NCBI GenBank assembly: GCA_002030015.1 | Contig: LQBH01000001.1 | Location: 3,190-67,189 of the forward strand | Length of the DNA: 64,000 nucleotides | Reading direction: 5' to 3' | From: a delta proteobacterium MLS_D | GTDB taxonomy: Bacteria > Desulfobacterota > Syntrophia > Syntrophales > UBA2210 | In this document: piece by piece, positions 48,108-59,910 of the stretch | Numbering within the stretch: position 1 is the stretch's first letter | Layout: every line of letters starts with the position of its first letter | Notes under the pieces: model-generated | What the model was told of the DNA's origin: nothing | The model's database searches: none | The model's input: the letters and a program-made list of their open reading frames with translations, nothing else | Made by a program: the position numbers and the translations under genes

Positions 48108-50321
48108 ATGACAAAAGAAAAGAAAAAAACTGCAAGAAATACCGGGGATGACGGTTCCGCTCTCCGGAAGGACGATCTTCATCGGGGCGAGTACGAGAAT
48201 TTGTACCAGGCACTGGCCGAAAGCTCCCAAACCGGTGTTTACGTCGCCCAGCGGGGAAAGTTCCGCTTCGTCAACCCCTACATGCTCAATTATTCCGGAT
48301 ATGGTGAAGACGAATGGATCGGCCGGGACGTCACGAGTTTTCTGTATCCCGAGGACCGCGAACCGACGAGAAGAAACGCCATCGCCATGCTGAAGGGCGA
48401 GCGCACGGCGCCCTATGAATACCGTTTCGTTACGAAAAACGGCCAGACGCGGTGGATCATGGAAAATATCATATCGGTTCAGTTCCACGGGGAACGTGCA
48501 GTGTTGGGAAACACCATGGATGTCACCGAGGAAAGGGAGGCGAAAGCGAAACTCGCCGAGGCGGAGCAATTGTACCGGAGTTTCACGAACAATACACAGA
48601 CCGGTGTCTTTGTTGCCAGAAAAGGGAAGGTCCGGTTTGCCAATCCTCATCTGCTCGCCTATACGCAGTGCGAACGGATGGAGGATCTTATCGGAAGCGA
48701 TCTTGTCGATTTTATTTATCCGGAGGACCGGGAATCCGCTGCTGAACACGCCCGCCAGATGCTGCGCGGAGAACGCTCCTATCCTTACGAATACCGGATG
48801 GTACGAAAAGACGGAAGTATCCGGTGGATCCTTGAAACGGTGGCGCCTATCGATTACATGGGCGAACCGGCTGTCCTGGGAAGTTCCATCGACATTACCG
48901 AGCTCGTGAAAATGAAGGAACATCTCGTCGAGGTACGGGCCCTCGAATCAAGTCTTCTGGCCGCGGTACCACATGCCGTAATCGGACTTGAAAACAGGCG
49001 GATCGTTTTTGCCAACGATTCCGTCGAAACGGTGTTCGGCTGGAACCCGCAGGAACTGATAGGCAGACAGACGAGGGTCCTGTATCGTTCCGACGAAGAT
49101 TACGAGGCCATCGCGAAACATTTTTATCCCATGCTGGAACGTGTCAGGACCACGAACGGAGAATTCCGGTGCGTAAAGAAAGACGGAACCGTTATCGAGT
49201 GCCTGATGAGCGCCGCGCGGGTCGGCGAGGAGCTCAAAAACGGGCGCATTGTTGTCGTATACGAAGACATTACCAGGCGGAAGCAAAGCGAGCGGGCTCT
49301 TCGGGAAAGTGAAGAAAAATACGCCGCCCTGGTGGAACAGGCCATGGACGGTATCGTCATTGTCCAGAACGGCTCCTGTCTTTTCGCCAACAAGGCAATG
49401 GCGGCCATGTCCGGGTACGAAGTCGGCAAGCTGACGGGAATGCCGTTTCAGGACCTGCTGGTGGAGGGAGAAAGAGACCGCGTGTGCGGCCAGTATCTGC
49501 GGGAGGCAACCGGAGGGAATAAACCGGCGCTGTTCGAAAGCTGCCTGCTCTGCAGTGACGGATCGGTGAAAGACGTGGAGATCGCTTTCGGAGCCGTTAC
49601 AATAGAGGGACAGCGCGCTGAAATGGGGTATATCCGTGATATCACCTTCAGGAAAAAGGCGCAGGATGAAATACGCCGCACAGTGGACAGGCTGAAAAAA
49701 CGTCTTGAAGAGACGGTAAACGCGCTCGCCTCCATAACCGAAAAACGCGACCCCTACACGGCGGGACACCAGCAGCGGGTGGCGGAACTCACCTCAGCCA
49801 TAGCTGAAGAAATGGATATCGGCGATGACCGGACGGAAGGGGCTGTTGTGGCCGCTACGCTTCATGATATCGGCAAGATATACGAACCCTCCGAGATATT
49901 GAGCAAACCCGATCTGCTTACGGACATCGAATATCTCATGATGAAGGTTCACCCGGAGATCGGATACGATATTTTAAAAAATATTGATTTTCCCTGGCCC
50001 GTCGCGCGTATCGTTCGCCAACACCATGAACGGATGGATGGTTCCGGCTATCCCGACGGACTGGCCGGAAACGAGATTTTACTGGAAGCCAGGATCATCG
50101 CCGTGGCGGACGTGGTGGAAGCAATGGCGTCACACCGGCCCTACCGGTCGGCTCTGGGTATTGACTCGGCCCTGGAGGAAATCACGAAGTACAGGGGGAA
50201 ATTATATGATCCCGACGTGGTGGATGCCTGCGTCAAGCTTTTCAAAAAGAAGAATTTTGCCTTCAGCACGAGCAGCGAAGAAGAACTTGTGCTGAAGGGG
50301 AAACACCGACCGGGTGCCTGA
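48108..50321 (+). CDS. Four-PAS-domain HD-GYP cyclic-dinucleotide phosphodiesterase
   Basis: Four PAS/PAC units; DPYTAGH..RV, LHDIGK, HP..G, HHERMDGSGYP, AD..EAM..HRPYR. Confidence 0.9.
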   Translation: MTKEKKKTARNTGDDGSALRKDDLHRGEYENLYQALAESSQTGVYVAQRGKFRFVNPYMLNYSGYGEDEWIGRDVTSFLYPEDREPTRRNAIAMLKGERTAPYEYRFVTKNGQTRWIMENIISVQFHGERAVLGNTMDVTEEREAKAKLAEAEQLYRSFTNNTQTGVFVARKGKVRFANPHLLAYTQCERMEDLIGSDLVDFIYPEDRESAAEHARQMLRGERSYPYEYRMVRKDGSIRWILETVAPIDYMGEPAVLGSSIDITELVKMKEHLVEVRALESSLLAAVPHAVIGLENRRIVFANDSVETVFGWNPQELIGRQTRVLYRSDEDYEAIAKHFYPMLERVRTTNGEFRCVKKDGTVIECLMSAARVGEELKNGRIVVVYEDITRRKQSERALRESEEKYAALVEQAMDGIVIVQNGSCLFANKAMAAMSGYEVGKLTGMPFQDLLVEGERDRVCGQYLREATGGNKPALFESCLLCSDGSVKDVEIAFGAVTIEGQRAEMGYIRDITFRKKAQDEIRRTVDRLKKRLEETVNALASITEKRDPYTAGHQQRVAELTSAIAEEMDIGDDRTEGAVVAATLHDIGKIYEPSEILSKPDLLTDIEYLMMKVHPEIGYDILKNIDFPWPVARIVRQHHERMDGSGYPDGLAGNEILLEARIIAVADVVEAMASHRPYRSALGIDSALEEITKYRGKLYDPDVVDACVKLFKKKNFAFSTSSEEELVLKGKHRPGA

Positions 50322-50339
50322 TTGATCAGTTCACAATCC

Positions 50340-51680
50340 ATGAAGCGGTATTATATTCAAACATTCGGATGCCAGATGAATGTCCGGGACTCGGAACTCG
50401 CGGCGGGCCTTCTTGAAAAAGACGGATACCGGTTGACCGGCAACCCGGCCGAGGCCGATCTCGTTCTTGTCAACACCTGCACCGTCCGGGAAAAAGCCGA
50501 GCAGAAGGCTCACAGTTTCATCGGGCGGATTGGAAGGTTCAAGGCGAAGCGACCCGGCCTGATTCTCGGCGTCATGGGATGTCTGGCCCAGCAGTGGGGA
50601 AGAGAGTTTTTTAACCGTTCTCCTTACATCGATTTCGTTTGTGGAACCCATGCGCTGGATCGCATTCCGGACATGGCGAGAGAGGTCCGCGCGGGGAAAA
50701 AACATCCGGCGGACACGGCGTTCCGGGATTATCCGGCATCGCTGGCGGTGCATTCCCCTTCTCACAACGGGGAAATCGCGTCGTATGTCAACATCATGCA
50801 GGGGTGCGATAATTTCTGCGCCTACTGTATTGTTCCTTATGTCAGGGGCAGAGAACGGAGCCGGCCTTCAGATGACATCATCGATGAAGTGGCCCGGCTT
50901 GCCGAAGCCGGCGTCAAGGAAGTGACTCTGCTTGGGCAGAATGTCAATTCTTACGGAACAGGACTGGAAGAAGCTGTAAATTTCCCGTTGCTTTTAAAGC
51001 GTCTCGGCACCGTCCAGGGGATCGAGCGGATCCGGTTCACAACATCCCATCCCAAGGATATTTCTGAGGAACTTATGGATGCGTTTCTTGAAATCGATTC
51101 CCTCTGCGACTACCTGCACCTGCCTTTTCAGGCCGGATCGAACCGCGTGCTCAAGCGGATGAACCGGGGTTATACGGCGGAAGAATACCTGGAGAAAATT
51201 GACGGTTTACGAAGCCGCGTTCCCTCGTTGAGTCTGAGTACCGACATTATCGTTGGATTCCCCGGCGAAAGCGGCGAGGATTTTCAAAAAACTATTGACC
51301 TTATAGAGAAAGTAAGGTTTGATAATGCCTTTTCATTCAAGTATTCCGATCGCCCCGGAACTGCGGCGGCGGGGTACGACGGGAAGATCGACGAGGCAGA
51401 GAAGAGCAGGCGGCTGACCCACCTGCAGAAGCTTCAGGCCGGTCATACTCGTGAGAAGAACAAAGCCCTTGAAGGAACGGTGCAGGAGGTCTTGGTGGAG
51501 GGACCGAGCAAGGGCGGATTTTCAGACGTGACGGGACGAACCAGAAGAAATAAAGTTGTGAATTTTCAAGGCGATGCCGCCTTGTTCGGAAAGACGGTTC
51601 TGGTTAAAATAACGCATGGCTTCGCCCATTCTCTCAGGGGTGAAATGGTTCAGGGAGGAGACGTCGAATCATGCTCATAG
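50340..51680 (+). CDS. miaB: tRNA ms2i6A37 methylthiotransferase MiaB
   Basis: TFGCQMN, NTCTVRE, GCLAQ, GCDNFCAYC, LLGQNVN, TRAM domain. Confidence 0.95.
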   Translation: MKRYYIQTFGCQMNVRDSELAAGLLEKDGYRLTGNPAEADLVLVNTCTVREKAEQKAHSFIGRIGRFKAKRPGLILGVMGCLAQQWGREFFNRSPYIDFVCGTHALDRIPDMAREVRAGKKHPADTAFRDYPASLAVHSPSHNGEIASYVNIMQGCDNFCAYCIVPYVRGRERSRPSDDIIDEVARLAEAGVKEVTLLGQNVNSYGTGLEEAVNFPLLLKRLGTVQGIERIRFTTSHPKDISEELMDAFLEIDSLCDYLHLPFQAGSNRVLKRMNRGYTAEEYLEKIDGLRSRVPSLSLSTDIIVGFPGESGEDFQKTIDLIEKVRFDNAFSFKYSDRPGTAAAGYDGKIDEAEKSRRLTHLQKLQAGHTREKNKALEGTVQEVLVEGPSKGGFSDVTGRTRRNKVVNFQGDAALFGKTVLVKITHGFAHSLRGEMVQGGDVESCS

Positions 51681-52171
51681 AAATGAAGGTTTTCGGACTC
51701 GCAATCGACCCCGCCGCGGGTACTCCCATCGTCATATTGAAAGATATGGAAGGAAAACGGGCGGTTCCCATTTGGATCGGTCTTTTCGAGGCGAGCGCCA
51801 TTGCCACGCAGCTGGAACGAATCGACCTGTCCCGTCCCATGACTCATGATCTGGCGCAAAACATCATCGGCGCTCTCGAAGCGAGGATTACCAGGATCGT
51901 GATCAACGATCTGAAAAACAATACCTTTTTCGCGGTAATCCATCTGGAACGGGGCGATACGGAGCTGATGATCGATTCGAGGCCGAGCGACGCCATAGCG
52001 ATGGCGCTCAGGGCCGATGCGCCTATTTTCGTGGATGATAAAGTCGTAGAAAAGTCAATGGACATCCACTTTACGAAGCAGGTGGGCGACCTGAACAGAT
52101 ATACGAAGGAACAGCTTGAGGAATTTCTCGAAGATCTCTCGCCGGAAGATTTCGGGAAATACAAGATGTAA
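51671..52171 (+). CDS. Bifunctional nuclease family (DUF151)
   Basis: PIWIG.FEA.AI, RPMTHDL, DSRPSDAIA.ALR. Confidence 0.9.
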   Translation: MLIEMKVFGLAIDPAAGTPIVILKDMEGKRAVPIWIGLFEASAIATQLERIDLSRPMTHDLAQNIIGALEARITRIVINDLKNNTFFAVIHLERGDTELMIDSRPSDAIAMALRADAPIFVDDKVVEKSMDIHFTKQVGDLNRYTKEQLEEFLEDLSPEDFGKYKM

Positions 52172-52319
52172 TCCGCACGACGCCGCCCCGGCTTCGCCTC
52201 AATCCGGGCTGCCGCGAGAACCCCCGCGCGATGCGTTGATCGCACAGGGGAAAAACACTTTTACCGATCGGCGAAGGTTGAAGAACCATTGAAACGTCCT
52301 GTGCTGAGCGAGACGGGTT

Positions 52320-52550
52320 ATGAAAGAAGAAATTCGGCGTCTCTATCTGAAGGCGGGGGATCAGGTGTTCCACAGGCGATATCCCGAATGGGGTTTCGGT
52401 GTCGTGGTCGAAGAATGGAATTCAGGCGTGGTAGGCGGTATGTCCTACGTAAGAATAATTTTCAGGGACGGTCGAACGCGGGTGTTCGACAATAACTTCG
52501 CCAACGAGTGTTGCTGTTACTACGCGGGACTCCGGCGATGTGCCGAATGA
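52320..52550 (+). CDS. DUF3553-like small protein (UvrD/PcrA C-terminal Tudor-like)
   Basis: GDQVFH...PEWGFGVV...V.I.F.DG..R.F; Cys-rich tail; stop overlaps xerC start. Confidence 0.65.
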   Translation: MKEEIRRLYLKAGDQVFHRRYPEWGFGVVVEEWNSGVVGGMSYVRIIFRDGRTRVFDNNFANECCCYYAGLRRCAE

Positions 52551-53482
52551 ATAATCAATCGGGCGGGGCAACCGCCCTGCTGGTGAATATGGAACGGGTG
52601 ATCAACAGCTTTGCACGTCATATCGCAACGGAGAGAAACCTTTCGGTGCATACGCAGCGGAGCTACCTGTCCGATCTGACGCAATTCAGGGAGTTTGCTC
52701 GAGGCCGGCATGTCACGGATATCGACGGTGTCGACCAGGAGCTCATCTCGGCATGGCTGGCCGGTCTTTACATGAAAAAAGTAAAAAAAACCACCATCGC
52801 CCGCAAACTGTCGAGTCTGAAAGCCCTGTTCAAGTATCTCATGCGCGAAGGCACGGTAGCCGTGAATCCCGCCCAGGTGATCCAGACGCCGAAGAGGGAC
52901 AAATATCTTCCTTCGTTTCTGTCCGTTGACGAAGCCTTCGGGCTGCTCGATCAACGGTTCGAAGACGACGAGGCCGGCTGCCGAGACCGGGCGATTCTGG
53001 AAGTTCTCTATTCGTCGGGTATGCGGGCGGCGGAGCTGGCCTCTCTTAATGTGGAAGATGTCCACCTGGCGTCGTCGCTCGTAAAAATCAGGGGCAAGGG
53101 AAGCAAGGAAAGAATCGTACCGCTGGGAAGACCGGCGGGCGAGGCGTTGCTTCGGTATCTCGAGAAGCGATTTCCCGGGGGTCGGAACGGAAAGGGGCCT
53201 CTGTTCGTCAATAGTTCGGGAGGACGGCTTACTACGCGAACAGTTGCCCGGATTGTTGACAAGTACGTGAGAAACGCCGGTATAGGGAAGAAGATCAGTC
53301 CTCACTCGTTGCGTCACAGCTTTGCTACGCATCTGTTGGACGCGGGAGCGGATCTGCGGTCCATACAGGAATTGCTGGGGCACGAGAGCCTTTCAACGAC
53401 GCAGAAATATACCTCCCTGGGTGCGGCGAAACTGCTTGATGTTTATGACAGAAGCCACCCCAGGGCACGCAGAGAAAGATGA
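52547..53482 (+). CDS. xerC: Tyrosine recombinase XerC
   Basis: [51 protein letters not shown]; xerC-hslV-hslU context. Confidence 0.9.
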   Translation: MNNQSGGATALLVNMERVINSFARHIATERNLSVHTQRSYLSDLTQFREFARGRHVTDIDGVDQELISAWLAGLYMKKVKKTTIARKLSSLKALFKYLMREGTVAVNPAQVIQTPKRDKYLPSFLSVDEAFGLLDQRFEDDEAGCRDRAILEVLYSSGMRAAELASLNVEDVHLASSLVKIRGKGSKERIVPLGRPAGEALLRYLEKRFPGGRNGKGPLFVNSSGGRLTTRTVARIVDKYVRNAGIGKKISPHSLRHSFATHLLDAGADLRSIQELLGHESLSTTQKYTSLGAAKLLDVYDRSHPRARRER

Positions 53483-54027
53483 AAAACATGAAGATTCTCG
53501 GTACAACCATTCTGGCGGTGAAGCAGGGTGACGGGATTGCCGTGGCAGGCGACGGCCAGGTTACTCTTGATACCACCATTCTCAAACATGGAGCAAAAAA
53601 GGTTCGAAAACTTTATCAGGACAGGGTCATCGTTGGTTTTGCCGGTGCGACGGCCGACGCCTTTACGCTGTTCGAACGTTTCGATCAGAAACTCGAACAG
53701 TACAACGGCAACCTGCTCAGGGCCGCCGTCGAGCTGACGAAGGACTGGCGGACGGACCGCGTGCTGAGGCACCTTGAGGCCCTGATGATAGCAGTGAGCC
53801 GGGATCACGCGCTCATCATATCGGGTAACGGGGACGTCATCGAATCCGACGACAATATTCTCGCCATAGGGTCGGGCGGTCCCTACGCGCAGGCGGCGGC
53901 ACGCGCCCTCGTGCGCCACAGCGATCTGGACGCCGTTACCATTGCCGCAGAATCGATGAAGATAGCGTCCGAACTCTGTATATATACGAACGACAAGTTT
54001 ACCATAGAGGAGCTCGCCTTCGAATGA
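53479..54027 (+). CDS. hslV: ATP-dependent protease subunit HslV
   Basis: TTIL catalytic Thr, [21 protein letters not shown]. Confidence 0.96.
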   Translation: MKNMKILGTTILAVKQGDGIAVAGDGQVTLDTTILKHGAKKVRKLYQDRVIVGFAGATADAFTLFERFDQKLEQYNGNLLRAAVELTKDWRTDRVLRHLEALMIAVSRDHALIISGNGDVIESDDNILAIGSGGPYAQAAARALVRHSDLDAVTIAAESMKIASELCIYTNDKFTIEELAFE

Positions 54028-54180
54028 TCGTGTGAATTCCGGCAAGCCTGACCGGAAGCCTGCGGCGGGATGTAGAGACGCCGGGAGCCTGTTTGTGAGA
54101 TTCCCCCTCGGGCCCGTTGCCGTGGGGGTTTCATTCGTGAAAAAACAATTGCCGGAGCAACGAGAGAAAACGGAGATTTC

Positions 54181-55569
54181 ATGACTTCATCACAATTAAC
54201 GCCACGGGAAATCGTATCGGAGCTGGACAGGTACATCATTGGGCAGCACAAGGCCAAGAGAGCGGTTGCCATAGCCCTCAGGAACCGATGGAGAAGACAA
54301 CAGGTTCCGGAAGACCTGCGCGAGGAGATCGCGCCGAAAAATATTGTTATGATCGGACCAACGGGAGTGGGGAAGACTGAGATTGCCCGCAGGCTGGCGA
54401 AGCTCGACAATTCGCCATTTCTGAAGGTTGAAGCCTCGAAATTTACTGAAGTGGGGTATGTGGGACGTGACGTGGAGTCCATGGTGCGCGACCTGGTCGA
54501 ACTGGCCGTGAACATGGTGAAGTCGGAGGAACAGGAGAACGTCAAGGCAAAAGCGCTTGAGATCGCCGAGGAAAGGATCCTCGATATTCTTCTGCCGCGC
54601 AAGCATGCTTCCGAAGAGCCTTCCGATGACGAGGGGCGCCTGATCGGTATGGAGCAGGACGTTGACGGGGAAGCCGCTGCGAGGCAGGCAACGACCAGGG
54701 AAAAACTGCGTCGTCTCCTGAGACAGGGAAGCCTGGATGAGCGGATCGTCGATGTCGAGGTTCGGGAAGGCAGAACCGGCCCCATGATCGAAGTATTTTC
54801 GTCTTCCGGCGTCGAAGACCTGGGGTTCAACATGAAGGAGATGTTCGGCAATCTCTTCCCGCAGAAGAAGAAAACGAGAAAGGCGACGGTATCGGAAGCC
54901 ATCCAGATCCTGGCCGACGAGGAGGCGCAGAAACTTGTGGACATGGAGTCCGTCACCAGGACCGCCGTTGAACGGGTCGAACAGTCGGGCATACTATTTC
55001 TCGATGAAATCGACAAGATCGTGGGAGGCGATTCAAGCCAGGGTCCCGACGTGTCGCGGGAAGGAGTCCAGCGCGACCTGCTGCCCATCGTCGAAGGATC
55101 TACGGTGAGCACGAAATACGGCATGGTCAGGACGGATCACATCCTGTTCATTGCCGCCGGCGCCTTCAGTTTTACCAAGCCTTCGGACCTGATACCGGAA
55201 CTGCAGGGGCGCTTCCCGATCCGTGTTGAACTTGATTCGCTGGACCGGGACGATTTCATCCGCATACTCACGGAGCCCCATAATGCACTGGTAAAACAAT
55301 ACGTGGAAATGCTCGCCACGGAAAAGCTTCGCATTGTTTTCGAGGGCGACGCCGTTGCCGAAATAGCGGAAGTAGCGACTCTTGTCAATGAGCGGACTGA
55401 AAACATCGGCGCACGACGACTTTATACCATCATGGAAACGCTTCTCGACGAGATTTCTTTTGACGCTCCCGATATGGCGGAAAAAACAGTCCATATCGGA
55501 GCGGAATACGTGCAGGAGAAACTGAGCGACATTATCGAGGACGAGGATTTGAGCCGATACGTCCTGTAA
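54181..55569 (+). CDS. hslU: ATP-dependent protease ATPase subunit HslU
   Basis: [34 protein letters not shown]. Confidence 0.97.
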   Translation: MTSSQLTPREIVSELDRYIIGQHKAKRAVAIALRNRWRRQQVPEDLREEIAPKNIVMIGPTGVGKTEIARRLAKLDNSPFLKVEASKFTEVGYVGRDVESMVRDLVELAVNMVKSEEQENVKAKALEIAEERILDILLPRKHASEEPSDDEGRLIGMEQDVDGEAAARQATTREKLRRLLRQGSLDERIVDVEVREGRTGPMIEVFSSSGVEDLGFNMKEMFGNLFPQKKKTRKATVSEAIQILADEEAQKLVDMESVTRTAVERVEQSGILFLDEIDKIVGGDSSQGPDVSREGVQRDLLPIVEGSTVSTKYGMVRTDHILFIAAGAFSFTKPSDLIPELQGRFPIRVELDSLDRDDFIRILTEPHNALVKQYVEMLATEKLRIVFEGDAVAEIAEVATLVNERTENIGARRLYTIMETLLDEISFDAPDMAEKTVHIGAEYVQEKLSDIIEDEDLSRYVL

Positions 55570-55598
55570 CGCAGGGCATTCCGTTTCGTACAAGGAGA

Positions 55599-56507
55599 AT
55601 GTTCACCGTGGAAAAGGAAGAATTCAGGGAACCGCTGGAAAAGGCGCGCATACTGCTCGAGGTGTTGCCTTATATACGCCGTTTTTACGGGAAAATTGTC
55701 GTCATAAAATACGGCGGCCATGCCATGGTTGACGAAGAGCTGAAGCGGCAATTCGCCCTGGACGTGGTCATGCTGAAGTTCATCGGTCTCAGCCCGGTGA
55801 TCGTTCACGGCGGCGGACCACAGATAGGTGCTATCCTGGAAAGGCTGGGAATCGTTTCGAAGTTTATAAACGGCATGCGGGTCACGGACCAGGAAACCAT
55901 GGATATTGTCGAGATGGTTCTTGCCGGAAAAGTGAACAAGGAGATAGTGGGTTTTATCAATCACAACGGCGGCAGGGCCGTGGGACTCAGCGGCAAGGAC
56001 GGCAACCTGATACGGGCGGAAAAATATTATCTCAGCGACGAGAAAGCCGTTGATTCACCGCCGGAGATAATCGATATCGGTCTGGTCGGCAGGGTGACGG
56101 AAATCGGCGCCGACCTGATTCTGTCTCTTGTCGGAAGCGGTCATATTCCCGTAATCGCTCCGACCGGCGTGGGGAATGACGGTGAGACTTACAACATCAA
56201 CGCCGACGTGGTGGCGGGAGAAGTGGCAGCGGCCCTCAAGGCGGAAAAACTGGTCCTGCTCACGGATGTCCCCGGCGTTCTCGACGAGCAGGGAAATCTG
56301 ATCGCCACCCTGAAAAGCGATGAAGCCGAAGATCTCATCGGGCGGAACGTCATCACCGGCGGCATGTACCCAAAGATAAAATGCTGTCTGAAAGCCCTCA
56401 GGGGTGGCGTCGGGAAGACTCATATTGTAGACGGCAGGCTGAGCCACGCCGTTCTCCTTGAAATATTTACAGATCGGGGCATCGGAACGGAAGTCGTCAG
56501 GGAATAA
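55599..56507 (+). CDS. argB: Acetylglutamate kinase
   Basis: KYGGHAM, HGGGP, GMRVTD, NINAD, GGM.PK. Confidence 0.96.
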   Translation: MFTVEKEEFREPLEKARILLEVLPYIRRFYGKIVVIKYGGHAMVDEELKRQFALDVVMLKFIGLSPVIVHGGGPQIGAILERLGIVSKFINGMRVTDQETMDIVEMVLAGKVNKEIVGFINHNGGRAVGLSGKDGNLIRAEKYYLSDEKAVDSPPEIIDIGLVGRVTEIGADLILSLVGSGHIPVIAPTGVGNDGETYNINADVVAGEVAAALKAEKLVLLTDVPGVLDEQGNLIATLKSDEAEDLIGRNVITGGMYPKIKCCLKALRGGVGKTHIVDGRLSHAVLLEIFTDRGIGTEVVRE

Positions 56508-56533
56508 CGGACCGGCTCCAGGAGCGATGGAAT

Positions 56534-57724
56534 ATGGATTCAAAAGAGTGTATGGAACGCGGCAGGCGGTACATCATGGATACGTACGCCCGGTTCCCGG
56601 TGGTGCTCGTTCGAGGCCGGGGCGCCCGTGTCTGGGACATGGACGGGAAGGAGTATCTCGATTTCCTGGGAGGAATAGCCGTGTGTAATCTCGGCCATGC
56701 CCATCCCCGGGTGGTGGAAGCCGTTGCGCGGCAGGCGGGAACATTGATGCACGTTTCCAACCTGTTCTTTATCGAGCCGCAGGTGCGACTGGCGCAGCTC
56801 CTGGTGGAGCATTCCTTTGCCGATAAAGTGTTTTTCTGTAACAGCGGCGCCGAGGCCAACGAGGGAGCCATCAAGCTGGCCCGCCGCTACTTTCACGACA
56901 AAGCCGGGGATTCACGATTTGAAATCATAGCCATGGATGAATCGTTTCACGGCAGGACTATGGCCACGATGACCGCCACGGGGCAGGCAAAACATCAAGT
57001 CGGCTTCAATCCGCTGCTTCCGGGATTTTGTCATGTTCCCTTCGACGATCTCGACGCACTGGAAAAGGCGGTATCCAACAACACCTGCGCCGTCATGATC
57101 GAACCAATCCAGGGTGAAGGGGGCATCCGCGTCCCGGGTGCTGACTATCTGAGGGGCGTCCGCGATATCTGCGACCGTCACGGTCTCCTTCTTATTTATG
57201 ACGAGGTGCAGGCCGGCATGGGACGTACGGGGACTCTTTTCGCCTACGAGGAGAGTGGCGTTGCGCCTGATATCATGACGCTGGCCAAGGCGCTGGGAAA
57301 CGGGTTTCCCGTGGGTGCGCTGCTTGCCACGGACCGGGTCGCGGCGGCCTTCAAACCGGGAAGCCACGCGTCAACGTTCGGCGGCAACCCGCTGGCCATG
57401 TCGGCGGCGATCGCCACGGTCGAAACGATTCTGAACGACGGTATACTCGAAAACGTGCGCGCCGTCGGGTCCTATTTTATGGACCGGCTTCGCTCGTTTG
57501 CCGCGGCATACCCGGTCGTTAAGGAAGTACGGGGGCGCGGGCTGATGATCGGCGTGGAGCTTACCCGCGAGGGAGCGTCGGTTGTGCAGTGCGCTTCCAA
57601 ACACGGACTGTTGATGAACTGCACCGCGGATCGAGTTCTCAGGTTTGTCCCACCGCTTATTATTAATGAGGCCGACGTGGACAGGGCGATGGATATCCTC
57701 GGCGACTGCATGGAGGGGTTATGA
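56534..57724 (+). CDS. argD: Acetylornithine aminotransferase
   Basis: NSGAEANE, SFHGRT, EPIQGEGG, DEVQ, AK.LG.G; arg operon context. Confidence 0.94.
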   Translation: MDSKECMERGRRYIMDTYARFPVVLVRGRGARVWDMDGKEYLDFLGGIAVCNLGHAHPRVVEAVARQAGTLMHVSNLFFIEPQVRLAQLLVEHSFADKVFFCNSGAEANEGAIKLARRYFHDKAGDSRFEIIAMDESFHGRTMATMTATGQAKHQVGFNPLLPGFCHVPFDDLDALEKAVSNNTCAVMIEPIQGEGGIRVPGADYLRGVRDICDRHGLLLIYDEVQAGMGRTGTLFAYEESGVAPDIMTLAKALGNGFPVGALLATDRVAAAFKPGSHASTFGGNPLAMSAAIATVETILNDGILENVRAVGSYFMDRLRSFAAAYPVVKEVRGRGLMIGVELTREGASVVQCASKHGLLMNCTADRVLRFVPPLIINEADVDRAMDILGDCMEGL

Positions 57725-58647
57725 AGCAGGATTTTTTAACGCTTTACGGTTTGAAGAAAAGTGATTTCGATGGGATAATGAAACGTGCCGCTGACCTGAA
57801 GAGACTGCGCCGAGAAGGGAAAGATCATCGTTCCCTCACAGGTAAAACGCTGGGAATGATTTTTGACAAGTCATCAACGAGAACCAGGCTGTCCTTTGAA
57901 GTGGGCATGTTTCAGCTTGGCGGCCTGGCCATATTTCTAAGCCGCCGGGACATTCAGCTGGGGCGGGGTGAATCCGTCGCCGATACGGCGAAGGTCATCT
58001 CCCGTTACCTGGACGCTGTCATGATTCGTACCTTCGAACAGGAGATTGTCGAGGAATTCGCCGGGAACGCATCGGTCCCCGTCATAAACGGGCTTACGGA
58101 CCTGCTCCATCCCTGCCAGATCGCCAGCGATCTCTTCACCATCGAAGAGCGGTTCGGATCATACGAAGGAATAACCGTCGCCTATATCGGCGACGGGAAT
58201 AACGTGGCAAATTCATGGCTCAACGCGGCGGCGATGCTGCCTTTCCGGCTTACACTCGCCTGTCCCGAGGGCTATGACCCGGACGCGTTCATTCTGGAGC
58301 GGGCGAAAAAAGAAACCGCTCTCGGTGTGGAGTTGCATCGATCACCGGCCGACGCGGTTCGCGGCGCCGCAGTGGTATATACCGATGTGTGGGCCAGTAT
58401 GGGAATGGAAGATGAACGGGACGAGCGGTCCGGGATTTTTAGGCCGTACCAGGTTAACGGGGACCTGCTTCAGGAGGCCGGGTCCAACGCTATTGTCATG
58501 CACTGTCTGCCCGCCCATCGCGGCGAAGAAATAACGGATAACGTTATCGACGGCGACCGTTCAGTTGTGACGGAGCAGGCTGAAAATCGGCTGCATGTCC
58601 AGAAGGCGATTCTGGAGATGCTTCTGGGAGGAGGAACAACTACGTGA
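57721..58647 (+). CDS. argF: Ornithine carbamoyltransferase
   Basis: [24 protein letters not shown]. Confidence 0.96.
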   Translation: MKQDFLTLYGLKKSDFDGIMKRAADLKRLRREGKDHRSLTGKTLGMIFDKSSTRTRLSFEVGMFQLGGLAIFLSRRDIQLGRGESVADTAKVISRYLDAVMIRTFEQEIVEEFAGNASVPVINGLTDLLHPCQIASDLFTIEERFGSYEGITVAYIGDGNNVANSWLNAAAMLPFRLTLACPEGYDPDAFILERAKKETALGVELHRSPADAVRGAAVVYTDVWASMGMEDERDERSGIFRPYQVNGDLLQEAGSNAIVMHCLPAHRGEEITDNVIDGDRSVVTEQAENRLHVQKAILEMLLGGGTTT

Positions 58648-59858
58648 AACAGGAAGTCAAAAAAGTAGTACTTGCTTATTCGGGTGGTCTCGATACGTCG
58701 GTCATCGTGCGGTGGCTCATTGATGTGTTCGGATGCGAGGTCATTGCTTTCGCCGCCGATGTCGGTCAGAAAGAAGAACTGAAAGGACTGAAAAAAAAGG
58801 CCGTTGATACGGGGGCAAGCACTGTATATATCGAAGACCTGAAGGAAGAATTCGTTCGGGATTTTGTTTTTCCGGCTCTCAGGGCAAACGCCGTTTACGA
58901 AGGGACCTATCTTTTAGGGACTTCGCTGGCCCGTCCCCTTATCGCGAAACGGCAGATTGAAATCGCCGCGTCTGAGGGAGCTGATGCCGTCTGTCACGGA
59001 GCTACGGGTAAAGGGAACGATCAGGTCAGGTTCGAGATGACCTATCTGGCATTGAATCCCACTATACACATCATTTCACCCTGGAAGGATGACCGGTGGA
59101 CGCTCCGTTCACGGGAGGCCATGATTGATTACGCGGCCAAACACAACATCCCCGTTAACATCACGAAGAAAAAACCGTACAGCGAGGACAGGAACCTGTT
59201 GCATATTTCCCATGAGGGCGGCGTGCTGGAAGATCTCTGGGCCGAAGCTCCCGAGGACTTTTTCGTTCTCACCGAATCACCGATGAAAGCGCCCGACACG
59301 CCTACGTACGTGGAGATCGATTTCAATGAGGGGAATCCCGTGGCACTGGACGGCGAGAAACTCAGCCCGGCGGAACTCCTCGACACGATGAACCGCATCG
59401 CCGGAGCCAACGGTGTCGGCCGGGTCGACATGGTGGAAAACCGCTTCGTGGGAATGAAATCCCGGGGCGTGTATGAAACGCCCGGAGGCACTGTTCTCTG
59501 GAGGGCCCACCGGGCCATGGAGTCCATCACCATGGATCGGGAAGTGATGCAGATCAGGGATTCGATTGCACCGAAATACGCACAACTCGTGTACAACGGG
59601 TTCTGGTACGCGCCGGAACGGGAACTGTTGCAGACTCTCGTGGATGAATCTCAGAAAAACGTGACGGGCACCGTCCGCGTGAGGTTATACAAGGGGAATT
59701 GCGATCCCGTCGGCCTGAAATCACCCTATTCTCTGTACAGCGAACAGTTTGCCACTTTCGGGGAGGACGAGGTCTACGATCAGAAGGATGCAACGGGTTT
59801 TATCCGGCTCAATGCTCTCAGAATGCGGATAAGGACGCTTAACCGGGACAGGCGGTAA
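58644..59858 (+). CDS. argG: Argininosuccinate synthase
   Basis: [30 protein letters not shown]. Confidence 0.97.
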   Translation: MKQEVKKVVLAYSGGLDTSVIVRWLIDVFGCEVIAFAADVGQKEELKGLKKKAVDTGASTVYIEDLKEEFVRDFVFPALRANAVYEGTYLLGTSLARPLIAKRQIEIAASEGADAVCHGATGKGNDQVRFEMTYLALNPTIHIISPWKDDRWTLRSREAMIDYAAKHNIPVNITKKKPYSEDRNLLHISHEGGVLEDLWAEAPEDFFVLTESPMKAPDTPTYVEIDFNEGNPVALDGEKLSPAELLDTMNRIAGANGVGRVDMVENRFVGMKSRGVYETPGGTVLWRAHRAMESITMDREVMQIRDSIAPKYAQLVYNGFWYAPERELLQTLVDESQKNVTGTVRVRLYKGNCDPVGLKSPYSLYSEQFATFGEDEVYDQKDATGFIRLNALRMRIRTLNRDRR

Positions 59859-59910
59859 TAGAGGCGGTTTACCGCACTGTCTTTTACAGGAACATGAACG
59901 GATCGTGATC

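Noticed and set aside
52548-52550. TGA of the DUF3553 gene as a selenocysteine codon
   Set aside because: It is an ATGA stop/start overlap with xerC, and read-through hits another stop within about 12 codons
52547-53482. Tyrosine recombinase as a prophage/island integrase
   Set aside because: XerC motifs and the housekeeping xerC-hslV-hslU context; no phage genes or att sites
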